Source: Phoronis australis
Taxonomy: Eukaryota > Animalia > Phoronida
Reading direction: 5' to 3'
Assembly (NCBI GenBank): GCA_002633005.1
Contig: NMRA01000206.1
Location: forward strand, 48,551-112,550
Length of the DNA stretch: 64,000 bases
The translations under genes and the position numbers were made by a program. Shown here in pieces: positions 24,726 to 38,743 of this stretch. The notes below the pieces were generated by a model that worked only from the letters and a program-made list of their open reading frames with translations, did not search any database and was not told where the DNA came from. Every line of letters begins with the position of its first letter. The first letter of the stretch is position 1.

Positions 24726-27578
24726 CGAAGGGGTGAAGTTTCCCCGTCACGATTAGGTGTGTGGCGGTCCTTTAGAGTATGATTTACGAATGACGGGACC
24801 AAAAAGGAGCGTGACTTGCCGCCCAGAAGTTTACACGCAGGGGCAACCCTGGCTGAATGAATAGGCGACTCAAGTCACGGCGGTGGATTCGTCAGTTCTT
24901 TACTTTCTAGTTGCAGACCAACTGTGGATCATTAATTTTCACTTAAAATAGCATGTCCTTCACTAGCTTTGCAGTATTTGGAGGACCATGAATAAGGCTT
25001 TTCATCCAATCAAATACAGTTCAAGAAATCCATGGTACTCTTAGCAAACGTATCAAACACTAAGTCTTTATAGCTGCATTTGAGCGTTGGAATTGCTGAC
25101 TGCAGCTGAGGGTGTTTTTAATTCGGTTTTCAAAAACAATACAGCAACATATCGTTAATTGAAATTATGTGAAGAACAGGTTTAAAAACAATTTACAATC
25201 ACCCAAACGAAGAAGCTTTTTGGGGTAATTAAAAATCTCTCTAGTGTTTTTGTGTCACTAACTACCAGAAACTAAAAAATCATGTACGTGTAGGTATCAT
25301 CGTTCTTGCCCTCGTCGACCTTCGAGGTCAATGACTTCTGTGCAACCTCATCATAGCAATTTCCCAGTTCAGCGTAGCCTCAACTAGTTCTTTGGAGAAA
25401 CCCATACCAAACTTAACAAATATTAGTGGCGTGTATCTAAAAATGTTCCCCCAGGGCTATAGGATAATGATGGCGCGCTACCCCGTCTGACCGCCATTGC
25501 CACCTATAGTAAGTCTTTCATGGTAAAATTGGGTTTACAAATATGTCAACTAATTACTAATATCTCTTATGCATGTAAAAGGAAATTAGTTTTTGGATCG
25601 CTAAAAAGCTTTTTCTGCTGAAAAGACATACGTTCAGAAAAATGGCATATTTAGAACTGGCTGATCCCGGTTCTTATCAGCTTCAACTGAAAATGGAACA
25701 CTTTTGGGACTTAGCAATGTCTTCAAGTCTCTGAGTTTTAAATTTTGGCCTGACCCAACGACATCTTTGATTGTCCTCTAGTGGCCACAACTTTTTATAA
25801 TCACGTGGATTGGCAGAACAAATAATAAGCACTGTGGTACATGTACACTGTAATTGCACTATTGTAGTGTTGTGCATTTACTACTATCAAAATGGGGTTA
25901 TAATCGAGAAATTAATACAAAATTAAAAACTAAATTTGTTTGTGCCGTCATCAGTGGAGGCCCTTTCTCCGGCATTTGTGTTGACCGTTCGCAGAAATAC
26001 ATGTACGTGTAGCAGGCTTTGTGTCGGCTTTATTCGTTGAATACTCCGGTGCGGGATACTCGATATCGTACGGCATTAGAGACACTCGCAATATGCATGA
26101 CGAATCCAACTCACTATTAGTTTCACCTAAGCCTTAAGCGTCATCTTTACCCCCTCTTCAAACCTATAAATTCGCAAAACCTACCGGGAGTGGCGTAGAT
26201 GGAGTAATAGCCCACAAGACATTATTCCGCGTATCGACTTGCGCGTTGGTTGCAATTTTCTCTATTAAAAGAAACAGTTTTAAATGTAACAATTTATTAC
26301 TTGAAAAGAGATAACAAACGTGAAAGCAACGGCAACTGCACTGAGCTTGTAACATCTGAAAATAGTTAAATAACAACAATATTTCCTATTATAATCACCG
26401 AGGAATCGGCGCTTGAGTTGCAGACGACATAACATGAGCAATTGAAAACTGAGACAGAACTGTCATATACCTGGTAATTAACAGTCCTGTTCTGGATTTT
26501 ACAACTTAGACCTGTTTGCACATTAAGTGTTTATCACACTATTGCATTACTTTAAAATATTTTTCGAAACTTTGATGATCAATCCAGCTACGAATTTGAG
26601 TCGACATTGACCTACCCTTTGAACGATCCATGTCAGAGGTGGCTACTGAAGTAGTGACCGGGGTGAATACGGAAAACATTATTACATGGACGTATTTCCC
26701 TCGACTAACTTAACGCGTATGTGATAACTTACAAAACCATTGTTATCCCCCATGGTTTACATGCCGTCGATACGTCTTCCACAGAAGACATCAATTGGCA
26801 GGAGACCCAAATTACTTTTTCTTTGAAACTTAAAGAGCATGAATTATTTTCCTAAACAAGTCTTTCTTTACTTACGTTTTAAGATACAGCATCAGTATAC
26901 ACGGTCTAAAATCTCACATAAGTACAACCATCCTCTTTAGGAACGCTTTAAAACATCTGTTGAGGTTTGGTTCATTGCAAAAGCTCATAAAAACTGCGTT
27001 GCATGTTCAGTGTGTTATGGATTGTAAGTAATCGCATCTGTAAATCATATGTGATAGATTATTTAGAAAACGGCTCTATAATACCGATCCAGACCCCTGG
27101 TTTGTTTAATCATGTGAAACAGAAAGCAACATATCGCCAAATTACAAAACACGGCAATGGCGCCTCAGCGTAAAAAATCACGTGGGACACTCTTTGACTT
27201 TTCACGCCATCTTTCATTGTTCATACACATACCACTCTCATTTTTTTTTACAAAATGCAACTGAAGTTGTTGGCCAGGCTGTGCACGGGCGCCATTTTTC
27301 GACCCAGATATGTGTTTTGAGTACTAGATATTAGATTTGGGCTGTTTAATTTGAGGGCTATTTTTTTCGTAAAAAATGGCATTTAAATAGACAAAGTGAC
27401 TTTCAGTGTGAAGTTCTTAGAACATCCGGAAGCTCTTTTGAACGTGATGTAATTTGTTTTTCTGGTTAAGTCACCATAACATTTTTCACGAGTTGATGGT
27501 GTGTTCGTTGTTTTTTTTTTCTTTTACTCGTTATCATATGTGCATTAATATGTCATGTATCAAATGATCTGCACCTAG

Positions 27579-27794
27579 AATACTCATCGACCGTGAACGA
27601 AGTGGTCTTGAGTAGACACACCCAGGAATCTGTGTCACTTTCGAGTTTCGATTGCTTAGAGAAGTGTCACGGCGAGCTCTGCGAAGCGGCATCGTGGAAT
27701 CCAGTAACGAAGACATGCTCAATTGTTCCTAACGGAAAGGAACTTGTCGTTGTTGACGACGGCTGTTGTGAGCTGTTCCAGCGGATCGACGAAG
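27579..27794 (+). CDS. Exon: PAN/apple-like domain 2
   Basis: cctAG|...gaag|GT, 216 nt, phase 1-1. SFDCLEKCHGELCEAASWNPVTKTCSIV has the same Cys/Trp pattern as the first PAN exon. Confidence 0.8.
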
Positions 27795-29311
27795 GTTTGT
27801 ACGGCATTGAAAGATTGTTAGCATCTTAGGCGAGCCCAGACGACTGAGAAGCCCGAGCTGATCTCATGTCGTCCTCAAGTGAACTATAGCTTAGTTCACA
27901 CATGTTGCCCGTTGCTTGTTCCCCGTGTTCTTGCTTACATTTATTACCTTAGCAGTGAACAACACGCGACGGGAATGAGCCAGCAAGCGAGATTCGTTGT
28001 AATCAGATGCTGCGATGATTATCCATTGTCTCCGTAGTAAATCTACTAAGCATGGCTTACAAGTTTTGTAGATTTACGCCACAGGCAAAAGAAATTCAAG
28101 TGTCTATCTTTTATTACTGGACCTACTGCATGAACAATCAAAAACTTAAAAGTTGAACAAACTGCCAATTTAGCAGTTTTCGTCCAAAACCTACGATTTG
28201 CGTATAATTCATATGCACTGAAATATGGTGGTCTCGGTCTGCTAAAGTCATGCTGATTTTAGAAATTGGGTGACCTAATTAAGAGCTAATATGAAAGGGT
28301 AAGGGTTGATGAAAGGTACACTGTTTGACTAAATAAAATGGCTTAACTGGTCAACAGGTGTGCTTAGCATTCGTTCAAACGCAGCATCTAACTCAAACTA
28401 TCTAGCTAACCTATCAGGCACCATTTTCATTGAAGTTCACATCTGGCTCAAGAATTTACCTGCGACTAATCGATAGTATCTGTAACATGTCGATTAGGTC
28501 ACATTGTGTAATTTGCTTCTGAAAACTCACCACTGTGCACGAACACGCGTCTTCAGATGAAGACGCATTCGTACCGTCAAATCAGTGATTTACATAACGC
28601 AGTAAACGTTTTAGATTAGAGGATCTGAATGGTTGTATCATGGGCGGCGCATACTGAAAAAAGTGGAGCGCTATAGCACTCCCAGCCTACTATAGTCTGC
28701 CGCACATGATGTTCGCGTGAACTAATGGCCAATTGTTAGGAATTTTCAAATTAAATTCATTCGAGCATTTTAATGGTATACATGTATAATTAAAACCTAC
28801 TCAAAAGTCGTGCAAGGCATGTTCGGCCTTGTTTAACTGATACGTTGCAGACGCTTTGATTTGCAAGTGCTTAGAATACATGTACAACATCGTATTGTAC
28901 AAACACGTCTAAGGTGCAGTGTACAGTAGTTTTCAACACACAATCAAACTGGGCATTGTCCAAATTTGGCTCAAACAACGGCAAATGAATACCAATTTCT
29001 TTACAACTACAACATGCTGCAACTCTGGCAATTTTTGGAAAGCATCTCGAAGAGGTTAAAATTGCAAAAACTGACTGCTCAGTCCGTTCACTTATAGAAA
29101 AATAGCGATAACATTTCTACAAAATACGACAAATAATCTTGGCAAGAAATTTGTGATAGTTTGACAAAGCCTGACAGAGTTCGGTGGACGTCTGTATAGT
29201 TCGTTTTGAAAGTTACTTTAGAACCTGGTCGTGAACACGAGAATTTGTTATTATTCTGTACAAATCCAGAATCACCAGCACCTACGCTTAAAAAAGTCTT
29301 CATCATTCTAG

Positions 29312-29467
29312 CTTGCACCGACGGCACATTTGGCCGTGGCTGCAAAGGAGTCTGTCACTGTGCTAAAAAACATGAGTTCAACAAAGGATGCAATCCTCAC
29401 ACAGGGAAGTGTTTCGCCAAAGGTTGTGAACCTGGTTTTTATGGTCAAGAAAGTTGCCAATATCAAC
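29312..29467 (+). CDS. Exon: EGF/laminin-EGF-like repeat
   Basis: ttctAG|...caac|GTaagt, 156 nt. CTDGTFGRGCKGVCHCAK...CNPHTGKCFAKGCEPGFYGQESCQ. Confidence 0.9.
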
Positions 29468-29832
29468 GTAAGTTACAACATTTACATGTATACGGTACAT
29501 TGGCTAGAACCTGTAATTTGTATCGCGCGGTACCTACGTGTACGTGTTTCAATAAAACATGAAAATCCAAAAAATGTTTGTGCGTCACACGTCATGGAGA
29601 ACAAAAGGCTGAGAATGGCTGATACCTGGTTGGAAACTCGCTTGGTGACGAAATACGACATTCTGATGCAAATTTCTGTCTTGAAAATTTTCGATACGCG
29701 GTAGGTTGTCCTGGTCAGACTGAAAATATCCTGGTAATCTTCGTTTGGTAAGCAAATTTTATGCAACCTTTCTGTTCACTGGTGTTCCTTGAGATTCTCT
29801 AGATGTTAACGTGCTTTAAATTTTGTGAATAG

Positions 29833-30820
29833 CATAGGCGGACTTTGGGGGGGCAAGGGACCCGCCTCCACCCCCCCCCCCCNNNNNNNNNNNNNNNNNN
29901 NNNNNNNNNNNNNNNNNNNNNNNNNNNNNNNNNNNNNNNNNNNNNNNNNNNNNNNNNNNNNNNNNNNNNNNNNNNNNNNNNNNNNNNNNNNNNNNNNNNN
30001 NNNNNGGGGGCTCAGATCCAATTTCAAGTGTCAAATTCGGAAAACGGCGCAATCGTAACGGAACTATGGCTACGTACATGTATAGGCTCTCTCGTGATAT
30101 CCCAGACGACCGGCAGTGGCGCTACGCACTACGACTCTGTTTCCGTCGTCTGTTTCATTGTACTTCATTTTTTAAAGAAAATGGAATCTGGTTAATGATG
30201 AAAAAACAGAAGCTGCTGGTAAGATGTAAATTTTAATCGAAGCCTTAGTGAATCACTCAGAAACTCATAATTCTCTCTTTGTCAAACCTTTACTTAAGAC
30301 GATATCCAAAGCAACGCGTCATCAATGCCAACACAAAAAACGGATTTGGTCTTTTGGGCAATTGAAGAGTATTTTGAATACAACAAATTTGTTACGAACT
30401 GATTGCATCAAATATAAAAGTTTAATAAGAAATAGGTTTCTCGCGCAAACGATGTTGACCATAAACAAGTAGGTGTTTTATACCCAAAATACGAGCGGAA
30501 TCATGGTGGTGTGTAGTGGTAAACCGCGTGCTCTGTAACCGCCAGGTCGTGAGTTAGAGTGTGTGGTAATTCCAATTTTTCAAGTTTGACAAGTTCTTGT
30601 TTTTTTTTTCCTTATTTCCTTTCCCTTTTTTCTTGGATAATACTTCAGGAATCAAGGAAAATGCTTGATTTTTAGTGGAAAAAGTTTCATGGCGGAGGAG
30701 GGCAAACCACCTTCCGGACCTCCCCCCATTCGGTGCTACGCGCATCTACAATCGTGCTTTGCGCAAATGTTTGCAGACAAAATGTTGTGCCCCCCTTGTG
30801 ATATCCTAGATCCGTCATTG
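29833..30820 (+). mobile_element. About 1-kb hAT-like non-autonomous element with 5-bp TSD and internal tRNA-like segment (contains N gap 29883-30005)
   Basis: Termini CATAGGCGGACT / TAGATCCGTCATTG; flanks AATAG on both sides; inverted paralog at 61533-62555. Confidence 0.8.
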
Positions 30821-31338
30821 AATAGCACCTGGAAAAATGCCACAGAAGACTAGTGAAATGATACACGTGTGCATTTGAAAGTTCAGTAAGGCTATACGGA
30901 ATATGCATCTGTTCGTTAAAGCGCAATTTTGCCGATAACGGAAACCTTTGCGTGCGCCTCTTAGAACATTCCTATATGTATGAATGAGTCGTTCCAGAGT
31001 TAAGGAAGAGTGTTGTAAGCGATCGTCCTCTCGGTTAGCAGGCAATTGATACTGCATAGATGTTACGTGTACGTGTACCAGTACCGCGTTACATGTAACT
31101 CTTGTATATGCAGGTGTACTTCGTGCTGATTGAAATATTCTCTGTAAATCGAGCATTTTGTCTTTACTGACCCGTGTCACACTACCCTTTGTAACTAGAA
31201 ATTTGCACTTTTGATAAAAGGGTCATGCTCACGTGCACGATGTGTGTGGCATTTTTCGTGGAGAGTAGCTTCATTTGAAACGAGATCATTTGAAGAAACG
31301 AATAAAAACTGCCGTTGTAAAGACAAGATAGGTTTTAA

Positions 31339-31860
31339 AGAGGTCTGGAGGGGATAAACAGACTAAATTGCAATATTGGAAGTGGTTTTCTGCAACTAAA
31401 ACAGTATTCAACCTGCTGTATTTTAGGGTTCGTTCGCAAAAATGTTTAATTTCTGTTAATATCAAAGCATTATTTTTCTTTTAGTTTCAAATTTTCTGTC
31501 AACTGTTCACCTCTTCGTCGATTTTTTCTACCACAAGTTAAACCACGTCTCCTTATTTGGTATTGCAAGACGTAGACGTAGCACTTTTATAGAAAACGTT
31601 GCCGTTGTCCTCAAGCCACTTTGCGCAACTGACTGTGTGCGCTTGTGCGCATTTATCATAATTGGGATAAAGTTTAGAAAGTCCTTGGTAACCACATTGT
31701 TTTTCCTTCTCGCGTATTTCAAAAATCGTGATTTTTGCGATTTTTTGGAATTTTTTTCACAGGGGAAAGTGAATTACTCCGTTCGAGACGTTGCGAAACT
31801 GTACTTTCGTCAGGAATTGTTTAAAATATATTTTAACGAGTTTTCGCGTTCCATGCCTAT
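31339..31860. mobile_element. Kolobok-like MITE
   Basis: TTAA-AGAGGTCTGGA ... TCCATGCCTAT-TTAA, imperfect TIR. Confidence 0.45.
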
Positions 31861-31918
31861 TTAAAGCACTGATTATTAAACCGATATAGAGACCGCTGCT
31901 TATGATTGTTTATCGCAG

Positions 31919-32134
31919 AGCTATTAAAGTACTACACGCCCTACGTAACTACAGGCGATTGGACGCCAGCACCACCTGGCGACTTGACATTTCTGGTCGA
32001 CGACCTGGACAGCACAATCCTAACGGTGACGGGTTTCAACAGGCAACACAGCAGTGGCTCGCTGCTAATGGACCTCGGTGAATTAAACACTGTTTACGCG
32101 GTTGATTGCGTGTTTACCGATGTCCCAAGTGGAT
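31919..32134 (+). CDS. Exon: N-terminal half of galactose-binding (F5/8C / FTP-like) domain
   Basis: tcgcAG|...ggat|GTaagt, 216 nt, phase 1-1. FLVDDLDST...SLLMDLGELNTVYAV resembles the 'AVDG...W.VDLG...V..V' pattern. Confidence 0.7.
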
Positions 32135-33611
32135 GTAAGTGAAATAATATATCTATTTTGAGCCCGCATCTTTCAATACTTCAATCGGTGCTATTTATTA
32201 GCGACAACTGGGAGACATAGCACTATTTACTTCCGGCAACTTCGTCATCTGCTTATTATGGTCGGCAGTTGAGTGGTAGGATGGAAGAATTTCCTGTCAT
32301 AATACACTAATCGGAACCTGAGTTTGCTATGTTTAGAGCGTGGCGCCTCCTCTAGAATATCATGCAACAAAATGTCAAAGTTGCGAATCTGTTGGCTATG
32401 GATTAGCGAAGAATGGCCAGAAAAAATCCGTTTTAAATGAGATGACTGACTAAAAGAAGCCCAAATCATTGGATTCTATTCTCGCATTTCTGCACCATTT
32501 AGATATGGCTGCTGAACGGAGACGCGTAAATGGTGGCATTAAAAATATGTTACACGAATTTCTGGAAGATCTGGGTTATTACCTTGTCCTTTCTACTGGA
32601 AAGTTCTGTTAACACCTTTTTCTGTTGATTAATTGTCGAAGTTTAAAGTTCCACGATTGTTCTTACGTTTTGATTTTTCAGTACTTTGTATCGTTTGTTG
32701 AGTTTATTCGGATATGAAAAGAAAAACATTGAAAAATATTTGTACTTTTTGTCGGTGTAGCCAAACGGGTTGAAATTTACAGAAGCACATTTTCACTCAA
32801 GCACAAAGGGGGACGCTTCAGACGTAGAAGAGATACTCATCAGATAATTTCTTGACAGACATCATCTAAAAGGGCTAATTACACATTGAGAAACAACATT
32901 GGATTTGGTAATGACACCCTCCTGCAAGTTTGAGTATTACAAGCTCTCGTCATAACAGCATAACTGTATCGTCGAACTCTTTAGCATTGATTGTTGTATA
33001 AAAAATAGCCTACCTACAAATGTTTTAACGCAGGTATAAGTGCCATTACAAGGGTGCTCATTGTCAAATAAATAGAAGTGGGACGTTTTATCCAAGTGGT
33101 TCTTTTTGCTTTCACGCCAGGTATTTGAGAATAATTTGACCGAGGCCGTTTGTTTGTACACTAATGCCGTCAGAAAATCCATAACATCAGCGACAAAAAT
33201 GGTACATGTACAGGCTCAAGCGTCCTGTCAATGAACTAACAGAACACCTCTCAGAAAAAATTACAACTACATGTAAGAAATGATTTATAGACGATTTCCA
33301 AACCTGTTGAAATGTAAGTTTTACATGTACGTTTTTAGTCACATGTGGTGTATTTTAGGGACTGATTGTAACAGTGTGTCTTACATGCAGCTCTCATTAA
33401 GTTTCTGGAAAATTTGTGCCGGTCGACGTAGAACCACCCGTAGGTGCTCTAAGGAATTGCTGCTTAAAATTCATTCCCATGTGGTTTTGTCATTCACTTC
33501 CTAATGAGTGGCTGTACAGTAGCTGCATCCCGAAGCTGATATTGCTACATGTGTTTGCGATCTCAGGATCGTTGTGAGATCGGTTTTGCGATGAATCTTG
33601 TTATCTTTCAG

Positions 33612-33809
33612 TGAACGTTTACGTGGAGGTCTCCAAAGAGTCGTTCAGATCCAGTTCTTTTGAAAGTTGTTATGGTGGTCCACACAATCGGGACGGGCAC
33701 TACAGATGCAACCATCCAGCAGTGGCTAGAACAGTGAAGCTTACTATAAAGCACGGTGGGAGCGTCATAAAGATATCAGCTGTCGCCATATTCGGGCATC
33801 TGTTCCAAA
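33612..33809 (+). CDS. Exon: C-terminal half of galactose-binding-like domain
   Basis: ctttcAG|, 198 nt. YRCNHPAVARTVKLTI...IKISAVAIFG resembles 'C..P..GRYV.I....L.LCEVEVFG'. The donor (a|gtacat) is weak but phase-compatible. Confidence 0.7.
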
Positions 33810-34876
33810 GTACATACATGTATAGGCGTTGTTTTACTGATACATAGTTTAAGCGACAACATTTTTAAAAATGTTTAGTACCTGCTATTCATAAAAGAAT
33901 ATGCATTTTGGTTTTCACCACTTACCACAGAAATAGTGTATGCCTGCTCCTTACACGGCCGGTATGCAACATCTGGCCATAGGGGTCATTTTTTTACTCG
34001 AAATCTATTTCAAAGTCCCTCTGGATATTACGTTCTATTTTTTTTTTCCATTTCAAGACCGGTGTCTATTTCTACATGCTCGAGACGTGTGCCTTTATTG
34101 TTTAGCATTAAAATCTTACTTTGCCCACAATTACTATAGCATTAAGATTAAAAATTTGAGTTTGAACTTGAGATTTTGAATTTTCAGTCCAGTTTCTAGT
34201 ACGAATTGAGGGCCCCATCAATTTCAAATTCAGACTAGAAAATCTTATGTATAAACTTATATATACTCAATCACAGACCAATAGTCACTTATCTTGAGTT
34301 AGAACGAAACAGAATAGAAATTGATAGAAATATTTTCTAGTTTTATTTCGAGTTAAAAGATTTGGTATCGGGCGCAACTCGTCATTATCTAAGCTGCTCG
34401 TTGATGATTCATTTTCCACCGTGTCCAAAATTATTTCGTGATTCATTCGCCAAAGTTTCAGCTGTTTGCGCCTTTTTCAGGACATTCGCGCGTTTTCGTG
34501 TACATTGTAGGCAGTTGGTGCTAAGCAAGCACATTTTCGGCACGCATCCGTGGACTGGGAATAATTCCTGCCGCTGGTTGATTAAATGACCAAAGCCAAG
34601 CGTTGGAACACAATCTTAAAAAGCTTAAAAAACACGTTACCATACCTATCCATGTGTTTAATTTTGCTAAACATATGAAGGTTAGACTTCTGAAGTGCTA
34701 AACTTGAAGGTGCAACAATATCGGTATGTGTATGTTGTAAAGTGGATAAGCTTTAGTTCTAGAGAACGTCTCCCTGCATTGGCTGACGTATATGTATACT
34801 TGACACTCGCCGTTTCTGCAGATTTAATTTTACCATGAGACTATCAACATATAGCTATACGTACATGTATTTACAG

Positions 34877-35020
34877 AACGAGAAGAGCATTCGTTTGGCA
34901 CACTTGGGGTGTACAATTGCCATTGTAAAGACAAGGACGAGTGTGCGAAGGAAGAACCTACTCCTCTCTGCAAGTCAGGCTGCATCAGCGATGTCTTTAG
35001 GCCGCCGGCGTGCCAAACAG
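34877..35020 (+). CDS. Exon: degenerate EGF-like repeat
   Basis: ttacAG|...acag|GT, 144 nt. HSFGTLGVYNCHCKDKDECAKEEPTPLCKSGCISDVFRPPACQT. Confidence 0.8.
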
Positions 35021-35440
35021 GTACATCTTAGAACGTCGACCGTGTTCGCGGGAGACAAAAGCGCTGTGTTTTGTGCGGCGCCAGTCTGGCGGCCTGTTGT
35101 ATCCACACGTTTGCCATTTGGTACTGAATTAACAAAACAAAATACGCAGTGATATCTTATTTTTAAGTTTCGCTATTATGTTTTATTACTTGTACATGTA
35201 CTTTTGTTGTAGTTATTGTTTCAATATATAACGGACTAGCGAAGAGTGTTTCGACAGCGTGGATGGAGAAACACGTATCGAGAGTTTTCCAAAATTTAGC
35301 CAAATCTGAAACAGCTTACAGTCGAAAAGTAATGGATATTTAGAGAGAGTTTCATTATAAGTACTCGTGCCATCCCGTGCCTTTAAGCCATAACCTGTTT
35401 TATTGATTCATAATCTGTTTTCTTACATTGACTTTGACAG

Positions 35441-35764
35441 GCTTTCCCCGACTGAAATTGCGTCCGCGTCTTGTCTCCCGCAACGAATCCCACGCTGTTG
35501 TAGAGTTTTACATGTGGCACTGGGACACAGATACGGGAGATGGACCGCCTGACGTTTATGTGATAAACCACAGGAAAAGAGGAGAATCTGCATGGAAGCC
35601 TTCGCCAAGGATCACGCTCAAGACACGCAAAGGTTCATATGCTATTCACCCAATAAGTAGTAGAGAGAAGTATGAAGTGATGGTCGAAGCAATAACCATA
35701 ATTAAAACCACTGGAGGTCAACGCGAGACAAATACCAGGTCACCAGTTCTTAAACTTTACGAAG
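35441..35764 (+). CDS. Exon: fibronectin type III-like domain 1
   Basis: ttgacAG|...gaag|GTgag, 324 nt. W...DTGDGPPDVYVINHRKRGESAW...KYEVMVEA is an FN3 pattern (Tie/PTPR-like GDGP motif). Confidence 0.85.
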
Positions 35765-36499
35765 GTGAGATTTTTATGGCACGACATGTCTAGACTGGGT
35801 TACTGACTTTGACGTTATCAGAATGTGTACTCATACGTATACATATTGGAGAGATAAGCTCTGAATGATTTCAATTTTGATCGTTGTTTTCCTCCACCAT
35901 GGCCAGTTGAGCAGTCGCCTCGTCCGATCTCTGTTTTACTAATGCCCGATAGCTTAAGTAACAATACGCATACCGTTGAAGTAAACACCACCTGCTCTAC
36001 CATCAAAAGTGTTGAGCTCATTGAGCCATAACATTAGGTAACTAGTTATGTTTGTATTTGACTTGTAGTCATCTTTGGGGTAATTTGGTGGCCCTATTTA
36101 AATCATTGCAATGCCAGTAAGTTTCAGCTTGTGTGACTTGGAGGCAGAATTTCTTTCTTGTAATACTCGAGGAGCCCAACACCGTCTATTTCATGGTGTT
36201 ATCAAAGTCATTGCACTCTCGTGAGACGGAATAATGAGGACAACGTACACACATGGACACATAATTTGCCTGTGTTGTTGCATTTTCGACCGAACAGCCG
36301 CCATCCTGTGTGAAAGTAATGTAAAAAGTAACGGAATATGTATAGTTAGCCCAAAAAGCTAGAAACACACTGAGACCCATGTCAGATGATACAGACTGTC
36401 ATTACAGAAGACTAAGGATTCGTGCCCCGTGTCTTGACGATTCCGCTACTAGCTCTCAGTTTTCATGACCAATGCTTCTCATTTCGCTTCCCGGGCCCA

Positions 36500-37290
36500 A
36501 CAAAACACGTGTAGATATTTTTTGAATGATTTTGAAAGGATTATCATAGAGCCGAGAATACTGGGCACTTTGTTAAAGAAGCAGTCGTATGCATGGAATC
36601 GGGTGGTTCTACTGTGGTGGTACATTTTAAATTGATGGCAGTTTTGCCGTCTGTAGCTCTCTACTCAAGAGCGTGAAAGAGTAGAATGGAACAGGGCAAG
36701 TGTGCCTATTGGTGGAAAGATGATTGGCTCTTAATTTTCGGAAGGCAACCACCATTGTAGTGTTCTTCAGTTGTAGTTCAGCACGATCTATTTTGAGCAT
36801 GTCGTTTCTCGATTAGAACTCAGGAATTTGACAGCACATATGGCCTCCAGCAAATTGAATACTGTTTTGTTTTCGGTCTGGCCCAATGAATGCTAGGTCG
36901 ACTAGTAGGAACATTCGACCAAAATTGTCATAAGTTTGAAGTTGTGGAAATTTTGCCTGCACAGTGCTTCTTTGTCCATTTTAAGTACTTCCCAGATTTT
37001 TTTCCAAATCTGTTGCTGCAGCTGCCGTTTTCTAATGTAGTATTTCCTTGATGTTGCAGAGGATGGTAGCTGGTCCGAATGGTTTAACTGGGGTCAGTGT
37101 TCTTCAACCGTAACACACGGCCTAGAGACGAGGCGTCGTCTCTGTGACAGACCTAAACCATCCACTTTGGGATTGTATTGTAGAGGATCTATGGATGAGT
37201 ATCGGAAATGTGGTGCACACGGTAAAACAGCTATTATATTGCTGGATTAACCCACAACAACATGTCATTCCATGGCTGTGGTTGATGCGA
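36500..37290 (-). pseudogene. Highly decayed LINE (CR1/L2-like) 3' relic
   Basis: Minus-strand traces such as WARPKTKQYSICWRPY (cf. LVRPxLEYA..W.PY), SRTTRFH..CFFNKVP and KSFKKYL; ends approximate. Confidence 0.45.
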
Positions 37291-37313
37291 AATGTTCATT
37301 ATATTTCTAGTTA

Positions 37314-37749
37314 CCGGGACTTTCCGTGGATAAGCCCATCTGATGAAACGCCCATAGGCGTTCATTCGAAAAGTTATGCCGAATTAAAGGCCCGTGGGCG
37401 TTTTTTGGTGATGCAACTTCTGGTGTCAAGTGTCCAGATAGTGGGGCGTTTATTCGAAAATAATCATCTTAAAAGACCACTTAGCGTCAACTTTTAATCA
37501 CAAATTCAGTTTTGTGACACATTTATCATTTTTCAAAACGAACAAAGTGTTGGCTTATGTATTTATCTACCAAAATTAAAAATATTTTTATGCAAAAAAT
37601 TCGATATTTTATATCAGCCTAGGCTATGACTATGTTTACAAGTCCTTCTTTCCAAATAAACGCCCGGGCTTAAATTTGGTGTTACTGAAATGACTGAAAA
37701 TTTTCATATTCCGAATACACCCCCATGGGCTTATCTACGGAAAACCTGG
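37314..37749. mobile_element. Tc1/mariner(pogo)-type MITE with TA TSD
   Basis: TA-CCGGGACTTTCCGTGGATAAGCCCAT ... ATGGGCTTATCTACGGAAAACCTGG-TA. Confidence 0.75.
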
Positions 37750-37997
37750 TAACGTGTTACAATGATGCAAATATCTAGGGATATTATGTAGTGGATGAAC
37801 TTTGGCTGATGAGGCATGGTAAGATTTCTACTGTTACTGACCTCAAACTCTAAAAACACGGAATTTTGGAGTTGGTACTGGTGCCCAGTGCCATGGCTTT
37901 TCAATGCAAAATGTGGATGATGCTGAGTCATCATTCAAGTGCGCTTCCATTAGCTTGTAAAGAAGTAAACTTGTTCCCTACTTCCTCTGTTTTACAG

Positions 37998-38324
37998 TTC
38001 AACAACCGAAGCCCACGAAAAAAACAAAAGTCGTTATACAAAAGAGATGGGCCACAGGTGTGGAACTGAGGATTGAATACATCGAAATAGTAGACGACAA
38101 TGAACCTGCTTACTATAGAATCAATGTTAGGAAGATCGGCGTGGACGACATCGGGACGCATTATTCAACTTACAAGCACAATAACGACGAATACCGAATT
38201 GAGACAATTAATACAGAGCGCAATCATACTTATGGGGTCAAGGTCAATGCTTTCTTTTACACCAATAAACCTCGCATTAAGTTTGGAGGACCAATCCATG
38301 ACGATGAGGTGACCTTTACCACTG
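37998..38324 (+). CDS. Exon: fibronectin type III-like domain 2
   Basis: tttacAG|...actg|GTaaat, 327 nt. PAYYRINVRK...NHTYGVKVNAF...VTFTT is an FN3 pattern. Confidence 0.8.
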
Positions 38325-38602
38325 GTAAATGCGTGTTTGCTAATCTCAGACGAAACAGAGAATGTCTGTCAGAACTCGTATGATTTCTGAGTTCCCGGTT
38401 TCCATTATTTTTCGATAAATAATAACTAGAGTGGTTTGATTGCATTCTTAAATAGAACGCCCGCAAAACAATTGCTTCAAAAGAATGGGATATGACTGGA
38501 GTGGTTATATGTAGTTCAACTATAAGTTACGTCAAGTTTCGGTTCTGCGTCCAGAAGTTTCAAGCCGCTCCGATGTTCACGCACATCATTTTGTATTTAT
38601 AG

Positions 38603-38743
38603 ATATGGCTTGTCCTAAGGGGAAATACGGACGTCAGTGCGAGCACAACTGTCACTGCAAACCTGAAACCACGTGCAACGACTGGACGGGGGAGTGTAGT
38701 GGTGGCTGTTCAGTTCGATACAGTGGTTCACATTGTACAATAG
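38603..38743 (+). CDS. Exon: EGF/laminin-EGF-like repeat (not in ORF track)
   Basis: tttatAG|...atag|GTgaat, 141 nt. MACPKGKYGRQCEHNCHCKPETTCNDWTGECSGGCSVRYSGSHCTI. Confidence 0.9.
   Translation: MWLVLRGNTDVSASTTVTANLKPRATTGRGSVVVAVQFDTVVHIVQ

Noticed and set aside
30500-30570. tRNA gene
   Set aside because: Only degenerate A/B boxes with no convincing cloverleaf, and embedded in a repeated TIR element.
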